A DNA stretch of 64,000 bases, from assembly GCF_018977255.1 (NCBI RefSeq), contig NW_024704742.1:19408001-19472000 (forward strand), read 5' to 3'. Position 1 is the stretch's first letter, and each line of letters begins with the position of its first letter. This DNA comes from Callorhinchus milii (Eukaryota). The notes under the pieces are model-generated. The model did not search any database, had not been told where the DNA came from, and saw only the letters and a list, made by a program, of their open reading frames with translations. Shown in pieces: positions 1 to 11,869 of this stretch. A program made the translations under genes and the position numbers.

Positions 1-918
1 GTGCTTTGAGATTCCTCGACCATGTGGTAAGTGCTATATGAAGTAATAACTAGTATTCATAATAACATCAATTTCACAGTAACGATATGACAACTTGAAA
101 GTGCAATTAAAGGCAACTCATAAGTGGTTTCCATTTATTAGGAAGATGCACAGAATACAACTTATCTGTGTGAAATGTTCCCCTACAAATACGTTCAATT
201 CAAACATACAATTTGTATATCTATCAAAGACAATCGTAAATATGAGCACATACAGTATTTCACAATTACACTCAGTCAGTATAACTGATTTGATATCAGG
301 CAGGAAAAGAATATGAGGCCAGCAATTTTCAGTGTGTTACTTTAATTAATAAAAACAAGCCTGTCACAGTTTTAAAAATTTCCTTCACATTCAATGTTGC
401 TATTTTTGGATATTTTAGATAACTTGACATCTATTTTTCCTCCCTAGTTGTTTCTCTTCTGAAGGTATCTTCCCATGAGTGGGTCAATTAGCTTTCTTTC
501 TTCCATAGTTCCTTAAGGCAGACTGAAAACAAAATATCAGTAGTAAACCCATACTTTGTTATTTATGGTTAGAAATTGATTTCATAAGCCACATTGTCAG
601 ATGTCGGCCTGACTCAGTCGGTGGCTAAGTCAAAAGATTGAAGGTATAAGTCAATGCCAACTCTACCCTCTTCCCATTACAGCATCGTATGGTTTCTTAA
701 ATAAGTCCAGCATCCTAGCCCTTATGACCCAAGGATTAACTACACAAACTCATAGGAAATTGTGTTCATAAATATAAAAGCTATGTATAGATTAATCAAC
801 GACTCAAACAGGTTGCCAGGAAATATAAAATATAAAAGCTACGTATAGATTAATATAAAAGCTACGTATAGATTAAAATAAAAGCTACGTGTAGATTAAT
901 CAACAACTCAAACAGGTT

Positions 919-1048
919 GCCAGGACACTGAACTCATTTAAAAAGCAGCTTGACACAGTGATACGGGGGTGGTAGAGTGGGTGTTTTGGAGGCATGAGAT
1001 CAGATGGACTGAAACGTTTTCTTCAATCAGACCAATTTTGTAATCCAT
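919..1048 (+). mobile_element. CR1 LINE 3' tail fragment
   Basis: GCCAGGACACTGAACTCATTTAAAAAGCAGCTTGA ORF-end motif plus 3'UTR; similar to 35920-36050. Confidence 0.6.
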
Positions 1049-1118
1049 ATAGTAATGTTTATATACATAATATATATTTATAATGGTGGTTACTGAGGCC
1101 TATTAAATTAATTTAACT

Positions 1119-1580
1119 GTGGAGTCCTGTAGCTTAGTGAGAAACTTACTTCCATAGGCGGGTGGGTCGGTAACCCGAGGACACTGATTTCAAATAGTTG
1201 TTAAAAGAAACAGAGGGGAGGTGAGGAGAAATTCTTTTACACAGCGAGTTGTTCGGATCTGGAATGCATTGCCTGAAAGGGTAGTGGAAGCTGATTCAAT
1301 AACAACTTTTAAGAGAGAAGTAGATAATTATTTGGGGAGGATAAGTTTGCAGGGCTATGGGGAGAGCGGGGAGAGTGGATTGAATTGGACAGCTCTTTTC
1401 AAAGAGCCGGCACAGACATGATGGGCCGAATGGCCTCTTTCTGTGCTGTATAATTCTATGATTAGTGATCAGAAAACTTGATTTGCAAGCAAAAAAACTG
1501 GGTTTGATTCCCAGCAGTGCGAAAGGTTGGGAAAGTTTCCTTACTCCACATGCGTCTGTTTACCTAGCAGTAAGCAGTAA
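1119..1580 (+). mobile_element. tRNA-Ala SINE (long variant) 5' part, interrupted by CR1
   Basis: Head GTGGAGTCCTGTAGCTTAGTGA at 1119-1140 resumes at 1462 through ...AAGTTTCCTTACTCCACATGCGTCTGTTTACCTAGCAGTAAG. Confidence 0.75.
1141..1461 (+). mobile_element. CR1 LINE 3' fragment
   Basis: RRNSFTQRVVRIWNALPERVVEADSITTFKRE CR1 C-terminus; 3'UTR GATGGGCCGAATGGCCTC...TTCTATGA; TSD TTAGTGA at 1134-1140 and 1462-1468. Confidence 0.9.
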
Positions 1581-1856
1581 GTAAGTATGTACTTAAGAGC
1601 AGTATTTAGATCTTATAGGTATAGATCCGGACTCAGATGAGTAAATACTCAATGAGACTTAATGGTTCACCCCTATCCTCACTTTCTTCAAGGTCCACCT
1701 CAAGGCCTTCCTTTTTGACCGCACCTTCAGTCATCGTAACTGCCCACAACAACAACTAAACACAAAATACCGCAGATGCTGGAAAACTGAAAACAAAAAC
1801 AGAAGTCGCTGGGAACACTCAGCAGGTCAGGCAGCATCTATGGAGAAAGAAAAGTG

Positions 1857-1893
1857 AGTCAACGTTTCGGGTCCATGACCCTTCATCAGAACT
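1857..1893 (-). ncRNA. Minimal type I hammerhead ribozyme motif in Penelope terminal repeat
   Basis: Minus strand AGTT-CTGATGA-A-GGGTC ATG GACCC-GAAAC-GTT-GACT: core boxes, 5-bp stem II, 4-bp stem I, palindromic loopless stem III. Confidence 0.75.
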
Positions 1894-2064
1894 GGGGCAT
1901 ATTGGGAAGGAGAGGCTTTTAAGGGCTAACAGAGAGGGAGGAGGCAGGGCAAGGAAGACAAAGGAGAAAATGGGGTAGAGGATGGGATAACGGGTTAAAG
2001 AGGTGTTAATGATGCAGAACTAAAGGGGTTTGCAACAAAGCAGGGGAATAGAGGTGTTAATACT

Positions 2065-2250
2065 AATAATAATATAATAATAATCCTTGCATTTGATATA
2101 GCGCTTTTCACGTCGGGAGGACGTCCCAAAGCGCTTCACAGAACACACTGTAAAGTGAATTGACTGTATATTTGTGGGCGAACGCGGCAGCCAATTGCGC
2201 ACAGCAATGTCCCACAAACAGTCGTAGATTGAAAATGACCAATTTAATTA
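2065..2250 (-). mobile_element. tRNA-Ala SINE 3' half nested in Penelope
   Basis: Nearly identical to the 3' half of 48968-49297; (ATT)n tail; flanked by TTAATACT repeats. Confidence 0.9.
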
Positions 2251-2661
2251 TTAATTAATACTGCAGAACAAAAGGGGTGGAGGGTGGGGAAAGAACTTGC
2301 AACAAAGCAGGCAGATCAGGGAGAGGAAAGGTGTGTCTGGGCCAAAGTGTGGGAGGGGGAAGGTGAGCTGTAATGGTCTGAAATTGTTGAAATCAATATT
2401 GAGGCCAGAGGGCTGTAAAGTTCCCAGCAGATAAATGAGGTGCTGTTCTTCGAGCTTGCGCTGTGGCTCATTGGAACAATGTAGGAGACCATGGATGGAG
2501 AGGTCAGAGTGCGAGTGGGAGGGAGAGTTGAAATGGCAAGAGACCGGAAGCTAAGGGTTGCGCTTGCGGACAGAATGGAGGTGTTTCGCAAATCGGTCAC
2601 CCAATCTGCGTTTGGTCTCCTCAGTGTAGAGGAGATCACATCATGAGCAGCGAATGCAGTA

Positions 2662-3117
2662 CAACAACAACAACAAAATTATATTTATAGAGCGCCTTTC
2701 ATGTTGGGAGGATGTCCCAAGGCACTGGACAATCAGAGGTCAGGATCCGAACATGGGGGAGGGTGGGTTAAGGCACGGTCAAAGAGGAGGGTCTTGAGAC
2801 CGGCCTTGAAGAAGGCAAGGGAGAAAGTGAGGCAAAGGGACCGTGGGATGGAGTTCCAGAGTGTGGGGGCAGAGTGGCTGAAACCCCGGCCACCGATGGT
2901 AGGGCGGGTCGGGCGGGAGACATGGAGCAGACCGGAGCCCGCTGAATGGAGGAAGCGGACAGGTTGGTAGGGAGTCAGCAAGTCAGAGAGGTAGGCTGGC
3001 CTTCAAGGTGAGGATGAGGATCTTGAACTCGATCCTCTGGGGAGCCAGTGGAGTCGAGCGAGGGTGGGAGTGATGGAGTTACGAAGCCTAGTGCGCGAGA
3101 GTACACGAGCTGCAGAG
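2662..3117 (-). mobile_element. L2 LINE 3' fragment nested in Penelope endonuclease
   Basis: GSGLLHVSRPTRPTIGGRGFSHSAPTLWNSIP; (GTT)n tail; AGTA at both junctions. Confidence 0.9.
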
Positions 3118-4859
3118 TAATTTACATTGCTGGTAGTACACGTAATTTGCTGTCTCACTTGAAAACTGTGTTTGTGGCCCTGGACAGTGGTATGGGAGGA
3201 GGTGAAAGGGCAGGTATTGCATCTCCTGTGCTGGCATAGGAAGGTGCCAGGGGGAGGACAGCAACTGTTGGTGGTGATGGAGAAATGAACCAGGGAGTCA
3301 TGGACGGAAAGGTCTCTTCGGAATGCTGAGAGGGGAGGGAAAGATGTTTAGTGGTTGGGTCACGCTGGAAGTGCCAGAAATGGCGGAGAATAATGTTTTG
3401 GATGTTGAGGTTGATGTGGTGGAAAGAATGGGTCGTGGACACGAAACATTGACTCACTTTCCTTTCTCCATAGATGCTGCCTGACCTGCTGAGTGTTCCC
3501 AGCAACTTCTGTTTTTGTTTTCAGTTTTCCAGCATCTGCGGTATTTTGTGTTTAGTTGTTGTTGTGTTGTTGATCCTGTAATGGAAGCTAAGGTGTGCTT
3601 TCAGGAATGAAAATATTAAAAGAACGCAGAATTGTTCTTCATCCAAACCTCTCTTGTGATTGTGTGGAGTTACTTCTCTCTGGTGTTATTTGTATTGGCA
3701 TCACAATCCATAGGCTCAGAGACTGATGTGCCCCTTAAAGTTGCATGTGACTAGATACAATATAATGAATTTAAACCTAATTTACACTTCCACTTAAATC
3801 TTATTCACATAATGAACAAAGTCACAGATGAGTTAATGCAAAGTGCCATGATGTGCAGAACGGATTAATGAAAGTGCACTAAAACAAAGATTAAAAATGC
3901 ATTGCTGCACAAATCTGTAACCTGTGTCACTTATCCACGGATACAAATCGGATGCAATTTGCACCTTATTGCTCAAAATTTAAAGTGATTAATCCAATTT
4001 AAGTGTAATTTTGTGACTGGATTAAATATGACATTGAAAGAATTCGCAACTCATTTCTAATTTAGGAGAATTTTACAGCTTGTCAAGGACTTGAAGGAAC
4101 AAGGAAGCAGGGATTCTTCCCAATCAACAACAACAACTTGCAAGTAAATAGCACCGTTCATACTGGACGGAGTCTCGGAGAGTTCAATCGGCTCCTGTTT
4201 ACCCTGCAAGCCAAATCAATTTAGTTGATGTGTCACCTTCGAACCAGTTCAATTTCATTGACCCTGCCTAACTCCACCACCACCCAGCCTCCATGATGGA
4301 TGAACCATTGCAATTAACAATCATAAACTGATATTAACACTTCCAATGGTTTGCTCCAGGAATTTTAGATTATTTGTCTATCCTGTACAATATCAATTTT
4401 AAGTTGTATATGTACTTAAATAATAGACATTTTCAGGCAAATGTATTTAAAAACAAATATATAGTATTTATTATCCCCAGAGAGTGGAGACAGTTATATT
4501 AAACACACTACCAGTGGAATGAGGTACTATAAAGGAACTCAACAAGCATAAATGTACAAGGAGTACACCTTAAATGAATCTTTTAGGAAGTTGGATTGGT
4601 AAACTGGATGGTTCAATAGTGTCTAAATTCCTGTCTAAATGTGTTGCTATATTAGTGTAATACTTGTGTAGGTCTTTGCGTTAGATAGTGTAATCCTATT
4701 GCTGCATCAACTTATTCATTTGATAATTTTGTGGATGTATCGAGATCCATAAGAAGCAATATGAAATCACTGAAATCTCACTGCCTGCATCTGCACTGAT
4801 AATAAAGGAATCCTCAGCCTCTGATATTTGCTGTAAAATTGAATTAGGTTTTTTATGAG

Positions 4860-5165
4860 CACCACCCAGTGCCTCCGCTTGGCTGGCTCCGGCCTCTTGT
4901 TTGTTCCTCGTCCCCTTTGCTCCACCATCAGCGGCCGTGCTTTCAGCCACTACACCTGAAACTTTGGAATTCTTTCCCTCAATCCTTCTGCCTTGCTCCC
5001 TCTTTCCCCCTTTTCAGATCATGCTTGAATACCTTGCTCTTTGACCAGTGTTTATGGTCAGCTCCTCACTCTCCTTGGCTCAGCGTTAGGCTCCGCACTG
5101 CTAAGCTCTGCAAGATGCTTCCCCATGTGAAGGATGTTATATAAACATTATTTGTTATTGTTGTT
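4860..5165 (+). mobile_element. L2 LINE 3' fragment (old)
   Basis: LWNSFPQSFCLAPSFPLFRSCLNTLLFD plus (TTG)n-like tail. Confidence 0.75.
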
Positions 5166-5802
5166 TAATTATTTTTAACCAGAGGTAAACAATGTATTCA
5201 AAAACATATTTTTTCCTAAATCCTGGATGGAGAAGATGGACGTCAGAAATACACTTCAAAACTATTAATTTGCAAAGATTTGACAGAGTTAAGGGATTTC
5301 CGTGCTTTCTGTGACATCAGGCAGTATAGAGCAACTCGGAGAATGTAACGTTTTCCAGCATGTGTGGGAGTTTTGAGTGTAACTTTGAGAAGCAAAAACT
5401 CCCCCAACGAGTGATATGAAATTATTGCCATGAATGTGAATTCAATTATTAATTTTTAATGATTGATTCCAATATTGTGTTTTAAATGTTCCACTTGCAT
5501 CTTGAATTTTATTTTCAAACAGATATTTGTACACTGACTTATATTATTGTTTGCTTTTTAGCATAAATTAGTCTCCATAGATGGCTGTCAGAACGCGAAC
5601 TTCATGAAAAATGATCACAGAAGAGAAATTGGCAACGCAGGAGCCCAAAGGCTTTGAGAGTCAATGAGGCCTAACAGAACATCAGATCAGGCGTTCTTTT
5701 GTAATAGAAAATTCTGTAAGCAAAAAGAAGAAATCTATCCCTATGACAACATAAACGTCAAAAGGAGAAAATTAAAATAGCAACAACCATCAAAAGAAAA
5801 TT

Positions 5803-5957
5803 TAATAATAATAGTATTTGCATTTGATAAAGTGCCTCACCATGTCTTTGAGACGGCTCAAAGTGCTTCGCAGAATATACTGTAAAACGGATTGACTGTG
5901 TTTTCTAGGTGAAACACGGCAGCCAATTGCGAACAGCAGTGTTCCACAAACAGTCAT
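5803..5957 (-). mobile_element. SINE 3' fragment
   Basis: Shared SINE tail GGCAGCCAATTGCG...CCACAAACAGTC with (AAT)n. Confidence 0.75.
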
Positions 5958-7409
5958 GCTAAGTGCTTTGAGATAGCTTCCTGACATAAAAGGCACTATA
6001 TAAATGTAAATTGTATGATATATGTCAAACTTTGCTAACTCAGTTGCACCAATAAACGTATTACCAATTATACAGTGTTACCAATGGTTGCACCACATAT
6101 TGCATCTGCTTTGTGCCAATGTCATGTTTCAAAATTATGAGGTTTAAAAAATGGTATGAAAGAGATATACATCTCAATTTGTTGTGTTTTTTTTAAAACT
6201 CAATTGATAGATATAAAAGTGGAACCTTTTTCAGCCTTAAAATTCAAAGAGCACATTTTGCATCATTATTCCAAAGGTGTATATTACTTGAAACTAACCG
6301 CACAGTATTAAAGGAAAAGGAAAGCAAAGATTCTAACCGACGCAGTCCAATCCCTCTAATTAACTGCTGTAACCCATTATTAATACTGTAACATACCCAG
6401 AATTGAAATCACCACAGGAGGAGATGAAACTGCAGGATGCCAGCCAGTGAAGGCTTTCAGATTTATTTTCAAACAAATTTGCTGATTTGAGCTTCGGCAC
6501 AAAATTTAAATCGCAATTATTTTTTCTGACATTGTTTCAATTTGCATGGTTTTTCATCTCACAGGACGAAAAAAGCACAAGTTGTTGTTAGCGATATTTG
6601 CAATTTTACTTTAAATTGACCATGTCACCTCCCCTGTCTCCCCAGCTCAGCATCAAATTACACGATTGCTCAGCACTCCCAAGACCCTACCCTGCACAAA
6701 GGGCACTATGCAAGTTGTTGGTGCTGTATAGAGATGATTTACGAGACTGAATTTTAAGACAAATGGTGGGAAATAAAGAGATAAGGATGCTGTCAAAGAG
6801 TTAGGTTTTTAGGTGAAAATCAGAATAATTTAGGGAAAGTGTTCCAGAAGGCAGGGATAAGGTGCCTGAAAACTCTCTTGTTAATGGTGGGGAGAAGTGG
6901 GGTGCAGAGGTGGGGGCAGCCCGGTTAGAATGACCTTTCTTAGTACCTTGATGAGTTTATTCAGGGGAAACTATGGTAAACTAATTTTTTGAGACAAAAT
7001 CTGAGGTGAAATGGGCACAAGGGAAACAGACAAAATATACAACACATTTCTGGTAAAGCATTTGACAAGAAACAAATTCACTGAATTATGATGTGCCTAA
7101 TCCTAAGTAATAAGGACTGAGTGCCTCTATCTTAGATTCCCGGTTAGAATGACCTTTCTTAGTACCTTGATGAGTTTATTCAGGGGATAATAGGGTAAAC
7201 TAATTAAATAGATAATTAAAGAGTGACAGAGTTATTTTCATATAAATAAATGGAAGCTAATGCATGAACATGAAACAGTGAATAGTTGCCTGTGAGTTGA
7301 CTTGGCAAAAGGAAGGCTTTGTGTGTGATTATTGATCATTCACTGAGTTTTCAGTCAATGTTAAGCTGTCATCAACAAAAGGCAGTTCATGAAAAAGTCT
7401 AATCTTGTG

Positions 7410-7982
7410 TTGCTCACTGCTGAGACCGCACCTAGAATATTGTGTGCAGTTTTGGTCTCCTTATTTAAGATAGGACATATTCGCCTTAGAGGAGGTGCAT
7501 TGTAGATTCACTGGGTTAGTTCCTGGGATGAGGGGGTTGACCTTTGAGGATAGGCTCAGTAAACTAGGCCTATATTCTCTAGAATATAAAAAAATTAAGG
7601 GTGATCTTATAGAAACATATAAGATTCTTATGGGGCTGGACAGAGTAGACAGTGCGCGACTATTTCCCCTGGTAGGAGAATCGAGAACTAGGGGTCACAG
7701 TCTTAAGATTAAGGGACAGCCCTTTCGAACAGAGTTGAAGAAACTTCTTCATTCAGAGGGTAGTGAATTTATGGAATTCTCTGCCCCAGAAGGCTGTAGA
7801 TGCTCAGCCTTTGAGCATATTCAAGACTGAGATTGATAGGTTTCTAAAGGATAAAGGAATTAAGGGATATGGGGATAAGGCAGGCAGATGGAGTTAGGTT
7901 AGAAGATCAGCCACGATCTTATTGAATGGCGGGGCAGGCTCAAGGGGCCAAATAGCTTACTCCTAATTCCTATGTTCCTATT
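7410..7982 (+). mobile_element. CR1 LINE 3' fragment
   Basis: RPHLEYCVQFWSPY...FEDRLSKLGLYSLEYKKIKGDLIETYKIL...RTRGHSLKI; tail TTCCTATGTTCCTAT. Confidence 0.92.
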
Positions 7983-8002
7983 ACATTTACATTACATTAT
8001 TG

Positions 8003-8455
8003 TGTCAGCACTCTCATCTCTGAGTCAGAAGGTTGTGGGTTCAAGTCTTACATCTGAATTTGAAATCGTATAGTCTAAGTTGACTGTCCAATGCAGTGCT
8101 GAGGGTTGGAGTTGCATTGTCGCAGGTGCTGTCCTTTGGGTGAGATGTTAAACTGAGGTCCTGTTCCGTTTTGAATAGTGCCTGTTCAGGTGGAGGTTAA
8201 GGATCCCATGGCACTATTCAAAAAGAGAAGGGAGTTTCTCCTGGCATACTGGCCAACAAATTCCCCAAATAAAATTGGTCATTCACTATATAGCTAGATA
8301 TGAGACACTGCTGTGTGCAATCTATCTGCTGCATTCTACCCACAAAATACACAGTCAAAATCCACTTTGCAGTTTATCCTGTGAAGCGCTTTGAGAAGTC
8401 TCAACGATGTGATAAGGTGCTATGTCAAATGCAAGGATTATAATCATTATTATTA
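8003..8455 (+). mobile_element. Deu-domain SINE (SacSINE1/AmnSINE2-like)
   Basis: tRNA-like head CTCTGAGTCAGAAGGTTGTGGGTTCAAG; Deu motifs GAGATGTTAAACTGAGG and GATCCCATGGCACTATT; L2-type tail. Confidence 0.8.
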
Positions 8456-8584
8456 CTTTTCAAACTCCACTCCAGAAGTAGATCACATTGGAGCGGAGTT
8501 CTTGTGTGATGAGGTGCAGGGTGGCGAGAACAATGCACTTTCATTAACTGGAAGGAGTCTTTCATGAAGGAATTTCATTACGAA

Positions 8585-9538
8585 ACTCTATCTTTCTGGC
8601 TCCACCCTCAACTCCAGGACCACTGCTGTCGTGACAGACTGCCTGTCGGACATCAAGTGCTGGATGAGGGCAAATTTCCTACAGTTAAATGTGAACAAGA
8701 CTGAGGCCCTCCTGATTGGTTCACGCCAGAGCCTCAGCACCTTAGGCTCTGGCAGCATCAACTTCCATGGTTGCACACTATAACGTATCCAGCCAGTCAG
8801 GAACCTAGGTGCCTTGTTCAATCCTCAACTATTTTTTCTCCCCCACATTCAAGCCATGACCCGCTCTGCCTTCCCTCACCTCCGTAACATCGCCCGACTC
8901 CGCCACTACCTCACCCCTCAGGCCACTGAAACTCTTGTTCATGCCTTCACCACATCCAGGCTTGACTATGCAAATGCTCTGCTTGTCGGCCTTCCCAACT
9001 CCTTCCTCCACAGGCTGCAGATAATCCAGAACTCTGCAGCCCATGTCCTCTCCCGCACCAAACTCCGTGACCCCATCTCCCCCATTCTCGCCCGACTCCA
9101 TTGGCTCCCTATCCTTCAGATGATCCAATTCAAGATCCTGGTCTTCACCTACAAAGCCCTCCATGGCCTCACCCCACCCTACCTCTGCGACCTCCTAATC
9201 CCCTACCAACCCGCCCGCTCCCTCCGCTCAGCTGGCTCTAGCCTGCTCCACATCCCCCGACCCACCCGCCCCACCATTGGCGGGAGAGCCTTCAGCCACT
9301 CTGCCCCCAACCTCTGGAATTCCATCCCCCAGTCACTCCCCCTCGACCCTCCTTAGCCTCCTTCAAGTCCTACCTCAAGACCCTCCTCTTCAACCATGCC
9401 ATCAGCCACCCTCCTTCCCCTCCCTTTCTCCCCCCCCCCAACCCCAGGTCGGGTCTGAAATGCTGCACTCTGTCCAGCGCCTTGGGATGTCCTCCCGACA
9501 TGAAAGGCGCTATACAAATGTAATCTGCTGTTGTTGTT
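8585..9538 (+). mobile_element. L2 LINE 3' ~950 bp
   Basis: HLRNIARLRHYLT..LVHAFTTSRLDYANALL..QNSAA..LHWLP; (GTT)n tail. Confidence 0.95.
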
Positions 9539-9774
9539 AGGAAATACCGCAAATCCTTGCTTTTAGGCAATTTTTAAATATTAGTTGGGCGAAATGTTTA
9601 GCCCTCTGGGACACTACCCTGCGTGAGGGATGCCATACAAGTTGTTGTAATTTTCTTTGCTATGTTGGTAATAATTGTGCAGTAACAATTGTACTTTACA
9701 AAATACAAGATAACATGACATTTCATACATAGTCTCTTACAATTAACAAAGTATGTCTACTTTATTTTGGGGCA

Positions 9775-9945
9775 TAGTGGCTGAAAGTGCGATCACCAAT
9801 GGTGGAACAGGGGGCATGAGGGATATGCTGAAGGCCGGAGCCAGTCGATCAGAGGCAGCGGGTTGTGGGATAAGCAGGTCGAAGAGGTAGGGAGATACCA
9901 GGGCATGAAGAGATTTGAAAATGAGTGTAAAGATCTTGAAATCGA
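9775..9945 (-). mobile_element. L2 LINE fragment (old)
   Basis: DFKIFTLIFKSLHALVSPYLFDLL. Confidence 0.7.
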
Positions 9946-10493
9946 CAGTGGTTAACACAGTGGTCATTCACCTCTGGAACCTGGAAAGTCTCCTGGTGTG
10001 TCAGCTTTAAAGGGTCAATGTGAAACGAGTTAAAGCAATTCTGATTCAGTTCCCATGTGGACTCGCATCAAAAAAATTAATCTAAATTTAGCACTGAATT
10101 GGCATCAGGGGAAGTGTTACTTTTTCTAGCATCAACATTCTTAACTTGGATCAGCAAAAACTTCCCGAAAAGATAAACAAAAAAATGCACAAACAAAGCA
10201 TTTGCAGATTGTGTTATTTCTGAATTGTTTTCTAGACTATGTCGAGTTCGATTTTGTCACTAGAGTATAATTATTGTATACATTGTCAACTTTAAAGAAG
10301 TATTTTCCTTGCTTTTAGGCAATTTTTAAATATTAGTTGGGCGAAATGTTTAGCGCTCTGGGATGCCATACAAGGTGTTGTAATTTTCTTTGCTATGTTG
10401 GTAATAATTGTGCAGTAACAATTGGACTTTATTAGAACAAAATCTACTTTAATATAACTGGTTATTCTAACAAACATTCTGCTGCTCCCAATT

Positions 10494-10863
10494 GAAATTC
10501 TATTCCTGGACTGGATGAGCCCTGACAAATAGTATTTCATTAGGCTTCTGGAGACTGTTGGGTCTAGATTTACTTGACTCTCTTAGCTTTTCAGCATATG
10601 CAGAATCTGACAAATTGGTGAATTCAGTCTTTATTAAGACTAATATTAAGACTATATTGAAGAATTTGCCAAATTTTGCATGTGCAGAAATGCTAAGAAA
10701 ACACAATAAATCTGGACCCAGGTGGAATTTTTTTTTTTTTATTATTATTATTAAAAATGATAAATTTAGACCAGATGGAATTTATTCCCAACAGACTCTG
10801 GGCAACCAGTGAAGTACTGTGGTTCTGTTTATCAGGTCTCATCCAGTCCAGGAATGGAATTTC
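10494..10863. repeat. ~370 bp imperfect palindrome (MITE/fold-back-like)
   Basis: GAAATTCTATTCCTGGACTGGATGAGCCCTGACAAATAG pairs with CTGTTTATCAGGTCTCATCCAGTCCAGGAATGGAATTTC; inner arms are also complementary. Confidence 0.8.
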
Positions 10864-11869
10864 TCTGACTAATTTTTTATGCACAAAACTATTATCATAC
10901 TGAAGAGTACCCACGCCATTCCCAATAAACAAAAAATGAAAATGTGAATTAACTTTCCAGTGATGTGACTTGATTCCGTTTATAACTCTATGTCTTAGCG
11001 CAGCCATTTGTGACAGTTCATTCTTGATGGTAATTTCATCAACATTTCAAATGTATAGGTCTAGTAGGGCTGATTTGATGAAAAAAATATAAATTTGATC
11101 TCAAGGAACCAGATATCACAATGCAAATTCGCCTTGGTATGGGTTGTTTGAAATAAACTGACAAGCTGAGCTGACAGGCTGATCCACCAGCCAATGTGCT
11201 TATCTTCCCAAATGAATATTTTTAAAAAGAATTTATAACTGTTAAGAATCGATTTGTTATACTCTCTAAAAAAAAGCCATCGCCATCATTTATTTTGCTT
11301 TGTTGCTCTATGAGATTGCACTTTCAAAAGAATTATTTAAATGTTATAACAGGTATAAACATATAGGTTTTATTTACATGTAAAAACAAACTTCTCACAG
11401 GATCTATTATAATAATCCTTGCATTTTGTATAGTGCCTTATCACATCATTGAGACGTCTGTAACGTGAATTGACTGTATATTTTGTGGGCCAAACATCAT
11501 ATGAAACTAACATTTCATTGGGAGGGTCCAAGGCTCGGAAAGGAAAATTTATTTTTCTAAATGCAGTTGATCTTTATTTGTTGCAGCAAAGCAGATTTAT
11601 TTCATTGTTGAATTTGCAAGACTAGCAGATAGAGAATGTTTAACATCAGGAAGAAAAGAGCTCAGCAGAAAGCCCATACATGAGCAAGTTGAGCTGAAGT
11701 AAATCCAAGCAGTCACTCTTTTGTTGGCGCTCAAATGTTTATTAAAGGGTGAATAGGACGTTAGTTCAGGAAAACAAATTCAAAGTAAGTTTTTGCCTTC
11801 CTAATCCAACCAGAAAATAATTGAGGCATTGCTCTGATCTTAAAAGAACAGACACGTTTGTCAAAATGG

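Larger units (their letters stand above)
1745..3566 (-). mobile_element. Penelope-like retroelement (Neptune-type), 5'-truncated with inverted terminal repeat
   Basis: Minus-strand GIY-YIG remnants (C..RRCNTC; CIRCS*CDLLYTEETKRRLGDRFAKH; KLEEQHLIYLLGTLQPSGLNIDF) at 2380-2661 and 3118-3400; terminal repeat 1745-1880 inverted at 3430-3566. Confidence 0.85.

Noticed and set aside
771..925. CRISPR-like repeat-spacer array
   Set aside because: Eukaryotic context, the spacers are themselves duplicates, and there are no cas genes
3430..3456. Second hammerhead ribozyme
   Set aside because: Truncated before CUGAUGA, and GAAACGUU is mutated to GAAACAUU
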